Translations under genes and position numbers: made by a program | Notes under the pieces: generated by a model | Seen by the model: the letters and a program-made list of their open reading frames with translations, nothing else | What the model was told of the DNA's origin: nothing | The model's database searches: none | Part shown: positions 42,485 to 51,595 of the stretch, in pieces | How the letters are laid out: the number at the start of each line of letters is the position of its first letter | Numbering within the stretch: position 1 is the first letter of the stretch | NCBI GenBank assembly: GCA_965365755.1 | Contig: CBDUCX010000001.1 | Span: 3,162-67,161 of the forward strand | Direction of reading: 5' to 3' | Source of the DNA: an uncultured Pleurocapsa sp. | Lineage (GTDB): Bacteria > Cyanobacteriota > Cyanobacteriia > Cyanobacteriales > Xenococcaceae | Length of the DNA: 64,000 nt

Positions 42485-43639
42485 CTAGTGATGATGATGG
42501 GAATGAGCATGAACAGCCTGAACTTTAGCTAGTTGAGGATTTACCGTATTACCAGATTCTCCTAACAAAGCTTCAATTTGGGGATTTGCCCACTCTGCTG
42601 CCATGTGCATAAACTCAGGATGGCTATTAACGCAGGGCATGCGAATAAAAGTCACTGCTGAATTTTTATGTTGTAGATGATGAATAATATGATCTACATC
42701 TAGTAGAGTTTCGTGGTTTTCGGTAGCAAAACCAATCGGCATCATAACGATAGCAGTTGCACCCAAATCCATGAGATTTTGAGCTGCTAGTTTAACGTTA
42801 GGCTGCGTCCATTCAATTAAGGGTGTGTCATGATTGAGCCAGCCCACAGAGATCAGGGGATATTTATCGATTAATTCTTCTCTCACTAGTTCATACAATG
42901 CTTGGCTTTCATCAATGCCTGAAGTAAAGCCTTTTGCTTTATGGGGACAACCATGATTCATCAAAATAATCCCAATTTGAGATGCTAAGTGTCCCTGTGC
43001 CAATTCTTTCTCAATCTTTTCCTCTACCATGTGAGCCAGTAATTTGATGTAGTCTGGCTTGTTGAAGAAAGAAGGAATATAGCGAGAACTTTTTAACCAA
43101 TGAGATTCGCCATTAGCTTGTTTGGCTAAAGCTTTATTGACTTGTTCGACGGCAATGCCGCTAGTAAAAATAGAATCAACCACTAACAAAGGATAAATTA
43201 GGATTTTTTCAAAGCCTTGCTCTTGGATTTCTGCTAATACCTGTTCTGGTAAATAAGGAGCGCAGAAGTTAAAAGCTTTAAATACTTTTACCTTATCACC
43301 CCAGGTTTCTTGCAATTCTTGTTCAATTCCTGCCCTTTGTTCTTCAAAGATGGCGTTGTGGGGTGAAATAAAATTGTCGTGCTGGTGACTCCATTCGTGG
43401 AGATCAAAGATTGCCAGTAACTTGGCGATCGCTGGATAAATCCAAGTCGGAACAGGGGCAAACTTGGCTGTCAAAAGGTTTAGAGCCTGTTCGTTATAGT
43501 TGGCAAAGTCTTCATAACTTTCTACTTCGCCATAGCCCATTAATAACACGGCAACCCGATTACTTTCATTATGTTCGGTTTCGTGATGATGGTGATGTTC
43601 ATGAACTGTTGGGGTCGATTGATGGGAGATTGTAACCAC
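42485..43639 (-). CDS. hemH: Ferrochelatase-family chelatase without CAB tail, with His-rich N- and C-termini
   Basis: VAVLLMGYG, NHG.P, PIGFATENHET motifs. Termini HEHHHHH and HAHSHHHH. Confidence 0.75.
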   Translation of the reverse strand: MVTISHQSTPTVHEHHHHHETEHNESNRVAVLLMGYGEVESYEDFANYNEQALNLLTAKFAPVPTWIYPAIAKLLAIFDLHEWSHQHDNFISPHNAIFEEQRAGIEQELQETWGDKVKVFKAFNFCAPYLPEQVLAEIQEQGFEKILIYPLLVVDSIFTSGIAVEQVNKALAKQANGESHWLKSSRYIPSFFNKPDYIKLLAHMVEEKIEKELAQGHLASQIGIILMNHGCPHKAKGFTSGIDESQALYELVREELIDKYPLISVGWLNHDTPLIEWTQPNVKLAAQNLMDLGATAIVMMPIGFATENHETLLDVDHIIHHLQHKNSAVTFIRMPCVNSHPEFMHMAAEWANPQIEALLGESGNTVNPQLAKVQAVHAHSHHHH

Positions 43640-43960
43640 TTGCTACTTCCTTTGATAAGTTGAATTAAGTTACGAGTCGGATTTAGAAGAGATTTTTACC
43701 GTATTTTGCAGGGACAAACTAAAATCCAAGTTCTATTAACGATTAAACTAGCACTCAATTTTTAGAAGGTATGGTCGAAATTGTCAAAAGTTAATATTTA
43801 GCAGCATAAATTAAACTTGAATTGAGGAGGAAAGACTCGAAATTAGAGTGAGAAACAGCTTGACTCTGATTCAATCAGCCTTGAACAATGGCTTATGGCA
43901 ATTAGTATCGAAAAATCAACACAATGTAACTAAAAGCAAAATTATATTGACTTTGATTAT

Positions 43961-45169
43961 AGATCAGGCTAAAAATACCCGTACCATTCATGGGAGGGGA
44001 TGAAAAGCCTAGGAAATTAGATAGCTCGATGCCATTTAATTTTTTAATTTCGTAATCATTCTATAGGCTTACAAGAAATTTTATTTTATGGTAAGCTTTG
44101 GAGATGAAACAACTCAGAGGTTTTAAGTATCGACTATACCCCACTTCGGCGCAGCGATTAGAGTTAGCCCAGACATTCGGTTGCACTCGCTACGTCTACA
44201 ATTGGGCACTAGCACTTAGAACCAGTAGCTATTACCAAGAAAACAAGCCACTGAGCTATACAGATACATCCAACGCTTTAACCAAACTCAAACAAGATCC
44301 TGAGAAATCTTGGTTGAAAGCCGTTTCTTCTGTGCCATTGCAGCAAGGATTGAGACACTTGAATACAGCCTTTAAAAACTTTTTTGAAGGCAGAAATAAA
44401 TATCCTAAGTTTAAACAGAAAAATAACCGTCAATCTGCTACCTACGCCAGATCTGCTTTCACCTGGAAAGACGGTAAATTAACTCTGGCCAAGATGAAGC
44501 AGCCATTAAAAATCAAGTGGAGTAGATATTTCACTGGGGAACCAAGGAGTATAACTATATCTAAAGACCCCAGCAACAGATACTTTGTTTCGTTCTTGGT
44601 TGAAGAGGAATTAGAGCAGTGGAATAAAGTCGAAGGTAAAATCGGGATTGATTTAGGCATCAAAGACGTGGTTGTTGGCAGTAACGGATTCACTTCCGGC
44701 AACCCCAAGCACGCTTCAAAATATCAAGGGAGGCTGAAAACTCTACAACGCAGATTAGCCAAGAAAAAGAAAGGTTCAAACAACCGATACAAGGCCAGAC
44801 TTAAAGTAGCAAAGCTCTATGCTAAAATAGCCGATTGTGGCTGGGGTGAAGCATTACGCCAGTTCCAATACAAGTGCAAATGGCATGACCGAGAATTGGG
44901 GGCAATAGACAGATGGTTTCCATCATCTAAACGTTGTTATCCCTGCGGTCATATTTTGGATAAGCTCCCTCTAGAGATTAGAGAGTGGGTTTGTCCTAGC
45001 TGCAACTCCAATAATCAAAGGGACAAAAATGCAGCGAAAAATATTTTAGCCGTCGGGCAGACGGTGTTTGCTTGTGGATCTGGCACTGGCGGGGAGGTAG
45101 ATCTTCTATCTCTAGCTATCCAGGGATGAATCAAGAATCCTACCTCCTTTTAAGGGGTGGAAGCGTCAA
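43961..45169 (+). mobile_element. Non-autonomous IS200/IS605-family element (tnpB only)
   Basis: Left-end hairpin AGGCT..TACCCGTACC..GGGAGGGGA..AGCCT (43966-44030). Right-end hairpin TCCTACCTCCTTT..GGGGTGGA ending in the canonical TCAA (45166-45169). No tnpA. Left boundary approximate. Confidence 0.85.
44104..45129 (+). CDS. tnpB: TnpB with in-frame deletion of the RuvC-II region (predicted nuclease-dead)
   Basis: HTH FKYRLYPT, RuvC-I GIDLG, Zn finger C..CG/CPSC and RuvC-III RD.NAA.NI are present. KIADC is fused directly to GWGE, and no catalytic Glu segment is present. Confidence 0.85.
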   Translation: MKQLRGFKYRLYPTSAQRLELAQTFGCTRYVYNWALALRTSSYYQENKPLSYTDTSNALTKLKQDPEKSWLKAVSSVPLQQGLRHLNTAFKNFFEGRNKYPKFKQKNNRQSATYARSAFTWKDGKLTLAKMKQPLKIKWSRYFTGEPRSITISKDPSNRYFVSFLVEEELEQWNKVEGKIGIDLGIKDVVVGSNGFTSGNPKHASKYQGRLKTLQRRLAKKKKGSNNRYKARLKVAKLYAKIADCGWGEALRQFQYKCKWHDRELGAIDRWFPSSKRCYPCGHILDKLPLEIREWVCPSCNSNNQRDKNAAKNILAVGQTVFACGSGTGGEVDLLSLAIQG

Positions 45170-45175
45170 ATAGTT

Positions 45176-45514
45176 ATGTCATCAGAAATACAGTTACCGT
45201 CAGTAAATAAAGTTAATTTATCTCAGCAGCATCCATCCCAAGAAAAAGTTGTAGTTTGTCGAGGACGTAGCTGTCGAAAATACAAAGCAGAAAAGGTATT
45301 CGATAACCTTAAGCAAAACTTACCCCCAAATGTAGAGTTGATGTCTGTACCTTGCTTAGGACAGTGTGGTAACGGAGCAATGGTGGTAGTGGAATTTGTT
45401 GACCAGACTTGGTATTCCGAAGTTCACCCTGATGAAGTTAAAATAATTATCCAACAGCACATCATTGGCAAATCGCCTGTCAAAGGAATGCTATATCCGA
45501 AGTTTCATAAGTAA
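45176..45514 (+). CDS. Thioredoxin-like [2Fe-2S] ferredoxin
   Basis: VCRGRSC and CLGQCGNG Cys pattern; WYSEV motif. Confidence 0.85.
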   Translation: MSSEIQLPSVNKVNLSQQHPSQEKVVVCRGRSCRKYKAEKVFDNLKQNLPPNVELMSVPCLGQCGNGAMVVVEFVDQTWYSEVHPDEVKIIIQQHIIGKSPVKGMLYPKFHK

Positions 45515-45530
45515 TTTGAAGCTTTGCAAC

Positions 45531-47522
45531 TTAATCCAACCAATAGGTTTGTCGCTGAAAAGGATAGGTAGGGAGACTAATTTTTCTACCGGCAATGTTC
45601 TTTGCCCAAGGTTCCCAATCTATAGTTACTCCTAATATATATAGTTGAGCAAGCCCAGCCAGCAATATTTGCCAATCATCTGATTCTGGCTCGATTTGAG
45701 AAAAAATAGTATTTTGGTGCTCGTTATTTTCTCTGGTTTGTTTCTCGCCTATCTCCCAAACAATATTACCTGTATCGGGTGAAACTAGAGAATTACTAAT
45801 GATAGATTCGATTAACTCCTTTAGCTCGTTATTTGCTTGTTCAGATATCAATGCCAATTTTAGTTCCTGATTAAGATTGACTTTCCCCTGCCATAATTCT
45901 GATGATCTTTCCTCGGCGATAAATTGAGTTAATTTAGTTTGCAAGTCTGTGGTAGAAGTGACAGTAGTAGCTAATCGGTAGTTAAAATGCGATCGCCCAA
46001 CATTAGCTGTATAACAAATATCTTCTATTAAAAGATCAGGATGTAATTGTAGATAATCAAGATAATTAATAGCCAGTTGCCGTAAAGCCTTCTTATTCCT
46101 GGCAGATAAAGTAAACAGGTGTAAATTTCCCCCTTGTCCCCCTTGTCTTTCCCATTTCTCAACATCCCCATCAGCTTCCTGAACAATAATATGGGCATTC
46201 GTACCACTAAAGCCAAAACCACTAACACCAGCTATACGAGGTTGTGCCGTTTGCTTCCAGGCGATCGCTTCTAGTGGCAGTTGAAAGGGTAAATTTTGCC
46301 ACTCTAGATTATTATTAGGCTGTTTTAAATGAAGATTAGCTGGAATAACTTGATTTTCTAAAACCAGAACAGTTTTAATCAAGCTTGCTATCCCCGATGC
46401 CGATTCTAAGTGACCAATGTTAGTTTTAACCGCACCCAGAACTAATTCTTGGTTGTCGGAAAAGATTTGACTAAGAGCCTCAATTTCGATCGCATCTCCT
46501 AAAGATGTTCCTGTACCATGAGTCTCTAGGTAACTTACCTGTTGTGCCGTAACTTTACTATTAACTAAAGCTTGTTTAATTACCGCCTGTTGGGAGAGAC
46601 TATTGGGAGTAGTAATACTGCTGGTACGCCCATCCTGATTAGTAGCCGAACCTAGTAAGATAGCTCTAATACGATCACCATCTGCGATCGCATCATTTAA
46701 TCTTTTTAAGAGGACAATTCCGCAACCCTCGGATCTCACGAAACCATTGGCACCCTGATCAAAAGTCTTGCAGCGTCCATCAGGAGACAGCATTTTTGCC
46801 TGAGAAAAATTAACGCTAATTTTAGGAGAAATCAGACGGTTTACCCCCCCTGCTAACGCCATATTGCACTCGCGATCGCGTAAGCTTTTAATAGCTAGGT
46901 GTACTGCAACTAAAGAAGATGAACAAGCCGTGTCGAGAGACATACTTGTGCCAGTGAAATCAAAAAAGTGAGATATGCGTCCAGATGCCAAACTATGAGT
47001 ATTACCCGTAGTAAGATAGGCATCAATCTCTGTTGTTTTTCTACTCAGTAGTTGATGCCAATAATCTGTAGCTGAGACACCAATAAACACCCCCGTCTGA
47101 CTTCCCTTAATTTTGTCTGCTGGTATAGCTGCATTTTCCAAAGCCTCCCAACTAACCTCCAGCAATAACCTTTGTTGCGGATCGAGACTAGCGGCTTCTC
47201 TGGGGGCAACGCGGAAAAAACTTGCGTCGAATTCTTTAAGATGAGGCACAAATCCACCATAGGTAGTGCAGATTTTTCCTGGTGTATTCGGTTGAGGGTC
47301 ATAATACTTTGATCTATCCCAATATTCATCAGGAATCTGAGTAATCGCATCTCTCCCCTCTCGTAATAACTGCCAAAACTCCTCTGGATTATCTGCGCCA
47401 GGAAAACGACAACCCATCCCCACCACAGCAATTGGCTCCTGTTTAGCCTGTTCCAGAACATCCAATTTGCTCTGCATTTGTCTCAATGCGAGTAAAGCTT
47501 TTTTCGTGGGGGATAGATTCAT
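45531..47522 (-). CDS. Standalone type I PKS ketosynthase (docking domain - KS - linker; no AT, no ACP)
   Basis: EPIAVVGMGCRFPG, active-site DTACSSS, HGTGT and NIGHLE. Post-KS linker leads into LAQLY..G..IDW..LPTYPFQR..YW, then stop. Confidence 0.88.
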   Translation of the reverse strand: MNLSPTKKALLALRQMQSKLDVLEQAKQEPIAVVGMGCRFPGADNPEEFWQLLREGRDAITQIPDEYWDRSKYYDPQPNTPGKICTTYGGFVPHLKEFDASFFRVAPREAASLDPQQRLLLEVSWEALENAAIPADKIKGSQTGVFIGVSATDYWHQLLSRKTTEIDAYLTTGNTHSLASGRISHFFDFTGTSMSLDTACSSSLVAVHLAIKSLRDRECNMALAGGVNRLISPKISVNFSQAKMLSPDGRCKTFDQGANGFVRSEGCGIVLLKRLNDAIADGDRIRAILLGSATNQDGRTSSITTPNSLSQQAVIKQALVNSKVTAQQVSYLETHGTGTSLGDAIEIEALSQIFSDNQELVLGAVKTNIGHLESASGIASLIKTVLVLENQVIPANLHLKQPNNNLEWQNLPFQLPLEAIAWKQTAQPRIAGVSGFGFSGTNAHIIVQEADGDVEKWERQGGQGGNLHLFTLSARNKKALRQLAINYLDYLQLHPDLLIEDICYTANVGRSHFNYRLATTVTSTTDLQTKLTQFIAEERSSELWQGKVNLNQELKLALISEQANNELKELIESIISNSLVSPDTGNIVWEIGEKQTRENNEHQNTIFSQIEPESDDWQILLAGLAQLYILGVTIDWEPWAKNIAGRKISLPTYPFQRQTYWLD

Positions 47523-47615
47523 TTTGCAGGGATGAGAATAGGAAAAGTAGTTAAATGTTAATCAATTTTGGTATTTTTGCGATTATTTAACCTAAGAAAC
47601 TACTTTGCATAATTA

Positions 47616-47837
47616 TCATTCCGATGGTGATAAATAAGGAATTTCATCGTCTTCAACCACAATTACTTCATAAGGGGAAGATGCTTTTTTTATTTTATCC
47701 AAACAGTTCAGTTTGGGTTTACTAGTGTAAATCTTGATGGCATTTTGGGAACGATTTATACCCAACCCATGAATACCTTCCTTGCCTAAAAAATCTTTTT
47801 GCAAGCGTTTTTTTGTTTCTTTTAAGTTATCAGACAT
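47616..47837 (-). CDS. Small hypothetical protein resembling a protease pro-domain
   Basis: 73 aa with FL..EGIHGLGI...AIKIY, similar to the N-terminal pro-region pattern (..VVGVGIG..) of Nal1-type S1 proteases. Confidence 0.45.
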   Translation of the reverse strand: MSDNLKETKKRLQKDFLGKEGIHGLGINRSQNAIKIYTSKPKLNCLDKIKKASSPYEVIVVEDDEIPYLSPSE

Positions 47838-47863
47838 AGCTAACTATCTCCATTTGTTTTAAT

Positions 47864-48388
47864 TTATAAAAGCTCTATTTGTAACTGACTAAGTACTACA
47901 TCAATTTGGTTAGCAATACCGTATGTTCCTGAATCTGGCCCCGCAAAATATAACCCCACTGCTTTATTATCCCCTTTAGAAACTATCAAAGAGCCACTGT
48001 CGCCTCCCAAAGCAAAATAGGGAGCAGTAGATAGACGATCAATACGAAACTGGTCTTCAAATTTTGCTACTATATTTGGATTATTATGATCGATACCTAC
48101 ATTGATATCTAGGGACTCATCTGTTACTATCCCCTCTGTATATCCGCTTGTACGACCATGTTTGACGACTTCCATATTTTCAATTGCAACATCAGTACCA
48201 GTAATCGAACCAATAGAGCAGATAGAAACTTGATAGTTTATATTAGCATCAACAGTAGCGATCGCAGCATCAACTTCATTAACTGTTTGACCTCCTAATT
48301 GCAGTTGAACCATACGATGTAATTTAGCAACAGTGTCTACCGAAGTTCCAGTATCCAAAACTCCTGGTTGATAGATGTCATCCCCCTT
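47864..48388 (-). pseudogene. C-terminal half of a trypsin-like (Nal1-type) serine protease
   Basis: KGDDIYQPG..D, VDAAIA, K.GRTSG.T.G and GGDSGSL motifs. The frame is open only up to the stop of the upstream gene, and the catalytic-His segment is absent. Confidence 0.7.
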
Positions 48389-49049
48389 ATCTAGTTACTA
48401 AGGCGATGGCATCAAAATCTGTACCAGGGTCTTCTAATTGATTTCCGTCACTATCTACCGCCACTAATCTGACAGTAACTTCACCTTCATCAGCTAAATT
48501 ACGAATACATTCTGTTGTATCCAGATAAAGTGTAAAAGGAGCAACATGAGAAGGAGGTCTAAGGTCAAATTTTCCACGGCGAACACGGTCAGGATCGCAG
48601 TGTCCCTCATCTCCTGCACACTCTCCATGTCCAAAGAAATATAAAGAGCCAGCATAATTACTATTGTTATTAGTTTCCGTGCTCGCGTCAGCATCAGGTT
48701 GATTTAAAAAGACACGCATTTCAAAAGAGTTTCGAGGATGTTTAACATTATGAAACTGTAATTCCGCTTCCTCAAAATCTGATTCTAATTGTCCCAAAGC
48801 AAAACCAACCACAGGGGCAGTAAATTTAGATGGGGCTGCTGCTGAAGCGGTAACGAGAGGGGAGGGAGTAATTTCTGAGGTAATATATTCATATATAAAT
48901 GCTTCTCGTAAAGCAGCTAGTTCATCAGAAGATAAATTACGGATATTCTTACGGTAGCGAATAGCATCTTCATCTGCTACGTAATCACCAGCAACTCTTG
49001 CTGTTACTCTTTCTTCACTGGGATTAAGTTTCGCCAAGATAGTAGTCAT
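48387..49049 (-). pseudogene. Tyrosinase/polyphenol oxidase lacking the dicopper core (in-frame fusion of N-terminus to C-terminal domain)
   Basis: RYRKNIRNLSSDELAALREAF joins directly to IYEY and a PPO-type C-terminal beta domain (RVFLNQPDA..YAGS..FGHG.C.GD.GHC). No CuA/CuB His motifs. Confidence 0.65.
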
Positions 49050-49255
49050 GTCTTGAATACTCCATGTTTTATTAAGGCGATCGCACTTGTTAGAATGCCT
49101 AGCACGATCACGTATACATAGATTTTTACAATCTAACTACTAATAACTAGAATTTATCAAGGCTTTTTTACGCAAAATGATTTTTCTCTTAATGTTTCGT
49201 AACTGAAAACCTACTTATGGCAACATTTCTTCACTTGAGATGGAAGTTGTAATAC

Positions 49256-49738
49256 TTAATTTATCACTAAAGAAATAGAAGCAACATCCAGTTTTTGATC
49301 ACTTATATCATTTCCGTGAGCATCAACAGCAACTAATTTAACTGTTAATTCCGAATTCTCTGGTGCTATTTTTCTGAGATTAGTCGTAATATCGAGATAA
49401 AGAGGGAAAGGACTAGTATTTGATGCACCGGGACTCAAATCTAATTCTGGAGTCAGAGTGGCTTCTTGTCCATTGGAATCAAGATATTCACCTTGTCCAT
49501 AAAAGTATAAAGAACCAGCAAAGTGTTCATTTTCTTCTATGTTAGTATTAGCATTGGCATCTGGTTGGTTTAAAAACACCCTTAATTCAAAAGAATTTTT
49601 GGTATGTTTAACTTTATTGAACTGTAATTCTGCTGTCTGAAAATCTACTGCTAGATGTTGTAGGTCGAACTTAGCTATGGGTTGATGAAAGTTGATAGAT
49701 GCAATCATTACAGTTGTTATTGCAGCGATTGTGAACAT
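49256..49738 (-). CDS. Standalone paralogue of the tyrosinase C-terminal domain with hydrophobic N-terminus
   Basis: AELQFNKVKHTKNSFELRVFLNQPDANA aligns with AELQFHNVKHPRNSFEMRVFLNQPDADA in the 48387-49049 ORF. Confidence 0.7.
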   Translation of the reverse strand: MFTIAAITTVMIASINFHQPIAKFDLQHLAVDFQTAELQFNKVKHTKNSFELRVFLNQPDANANTNIEENEHFAGSLYFYGQGEYLDSNGQEATLTPELDLSPGASNTSPFPLYLDITTNLRKIAPENSELTVKLVAVDAHGNDISDQKLDVASISLVIN

Positions 49739-50276
49739 TTTCTTTTTTGGGTAACTAGGTAACTATACTCTTCTTATATTGGCTGCTTACTTATATCTAT
49801 TCTAACTAGACTTGATGTAATTCTGTATAAAGTCCAATGTCATCTCATATAGATGCGACAAACTACGTGCTTTTTTACCCCTCCAAATTAACGCTCTTGA
49901 TGATCACAATACTCAGTCTGATAGAATCACTGAAGAAAAATTAGATTTTTGCTGTTTGTCCCATAACATTTTTAAATGCTAAAAGTCAAGATTTTCTCTA
50001 AGCTATTTGCATTTAATTGTTATTTTAAAGAACTCGTAACCAGAAATTTAAAGACGAATGAACCAATAAAATAATCCCCAACCAAATTAGTGATTTGTTA
50101 CCTCAGACTAAATATTCTAAAATAAAACCAAGAATATTATTAAAAAAAACCTAATTATCATAAAGAAACTGTGACAACAGTGTAAATAAACGGTATATTT
50201 CTTATAATGTCAATTAAGATCAAATAATATTATGTTTGATTAGGCATAAACAATTAGATACAAGTTAAAGTAAATT

Positions 50277-50669
50277 ATGAATGAAACTGCTACAGCACCA
50301 TTGACGGGGAAAGCATTACTACAAAAAGTCAAAGAGCTATCCCATTTGCCAAGACGCGAAACCGCTAAAAAATGTGGATATTTTACGATTACTAAACAAG
50401 ATCAAACTCGCGTAAACTTAACTGATTTTTACGATGCTGTACTTGCTGCTAAAGGAGTTCCTTTAGATCCAGAAGGAGCAAAAGATGGTCGTGGACGGGA
50501 ACCTACTTATCGCGTAAGTGTTCATAAAAATGGGCAAATTGTTATCGGTTCTACTTATACCCAAGCAATGGGTTTGAAAGAAGGTGACAAATTTGAAATC
50601 AAATTAGGGTACAAACATATTCATCTCAAGCAGATTGATGGAGAAGAAAATGGTGCCTCAGACAACTAA
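50277..50669 (+). CDS. cyabrB1: Cyanobacterial AbrB-like regulator (Sll0359/CalA clade)
   Basis: LTGKALL.KVKELSHLPRRETAK and GRGREPTYRVSVHKNGQIVIG motifs; followed by a CAAX protease as in Nostoc. Confidence 0.85.
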   Translation: MNETATAPLTGKALLQKVKELSHLPRRETAKKCGYFTITKQDQTRVNLTDFYDAVLAAKGVPLDPEGAKDGRGREPTYRVSVHKNGQIVIGSTYTQAMGLKEGDKFEIKLGYKHIHLKQIDGEENGASDN

Positions 50670-50740
50670 TTGTCCATAAACGATTTTTTGGTTTAAACTC
50701 GACATTGTTCAAACTCTAATTTTTAGATCAGGGTAACCTA

Positions 50741-51574
50741 TTGTTGCCTGAGTTAAAGAATATGTTGAGTGCATCATGGTTCAAAGTGCTTACTTTTTTT
50801 GGAGTATGGGCTGCTATCTGGTTGCCGATTGCCTTGCTGGTATTGCGATTTATCGACTGGCAACCAAATGAACCTTTAATACCTAAACAAAAGTTGATTC
50901 TACTGGCATCTCTCTACATTATTGTTCCTGGGGTAGTTAAGTGGAAAATAAATTTAGAGTCGTTGTCTTGGGTGAATCTTGGTTTAAGTCCAATATCTCA
51001 TATCTTATGGTATCTGCTATTAGGATTATTCCTTAGTCTTGGCAGTGTAATTATTGTTTTCAGCTTAGAATCTACTCTCAATTTAATTGATTGGCAGTGG
51101 CAAAACAAAGAGCAAATACTGCCCCTGTTTTTGCCAATATTATGTTTAAGCTTATTAATTAGCTTCATTGAAGAAGTAGTGTTTCGTGGCTACGTCTTGA
51201 GCACATTGTTAGTGGATAACTCTGTACTGATAGCTGCCCTAGCATCTAGTTTGATTTTTGCCCTATTGCATTTAATCTGGGAAAGAAATCAGACACTACC
51301 CCAAATTCCAGGTTTATTGTTGATGGGGATAGTATTGGTAGCAGCAAGATTTGTCGGAGATGGAAGTCTTTACCTGGCGATAGGACTTCATGCAGGATGG
51401 ATTTGGGGTTTAACCTGTATTGACTCGGCAGAATTAGTAACTTATAAATACAAAAGCCATTGGCTCACTGGAGTCAATCAACAACCCTTGGCAGGTGTTG
51501 CTGGCATACTCTGTTTAGGTATCACTGGGGCAATTATGTTTGGTCTAATGTCCAGCAATCTTCTTGAGTTGTGA
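50741..51574 (+). CDS. CPBP/Abi (CAAX) intramembrane metalloprotease
   Basis: EEVVFRG, FALLH and AIGLHAGW motifs. Confidence 0.88.
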   Translation: MLPELKNMLSASWFKVLTFFGVWAAIWLPIALLVLRFIDWQPNEPLIPKQKLILLASLYIIVPGVVKWKINLESLSWVNLGLSPISHILWYLLLGLFLSLGSVIIVFSLESTLNLIDWQWQNKEQILPLFLPILCLSLLISFIEEVVFRGYVLSTLLVDNSVLIAALASSLIFALLHLIWERNQTLPQIPGLLLMGIVLVAARFVGDGSLYLAIGLHAGWIWGLTCIDSAELVTYKYKSHWLTGVNQQPLAGVAGILCLGITGAIMFGLMSSNLLEL

Positions 51575-51595
51575 ATAAACTAATTTAGTAATATC

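Noticed and set aside
46120-46150. CCCCTTGT repeat inside the KS gene
   Set aside because: Short cyanobacterial repeat in a flexible linker (RQGGQGG); frame preserved
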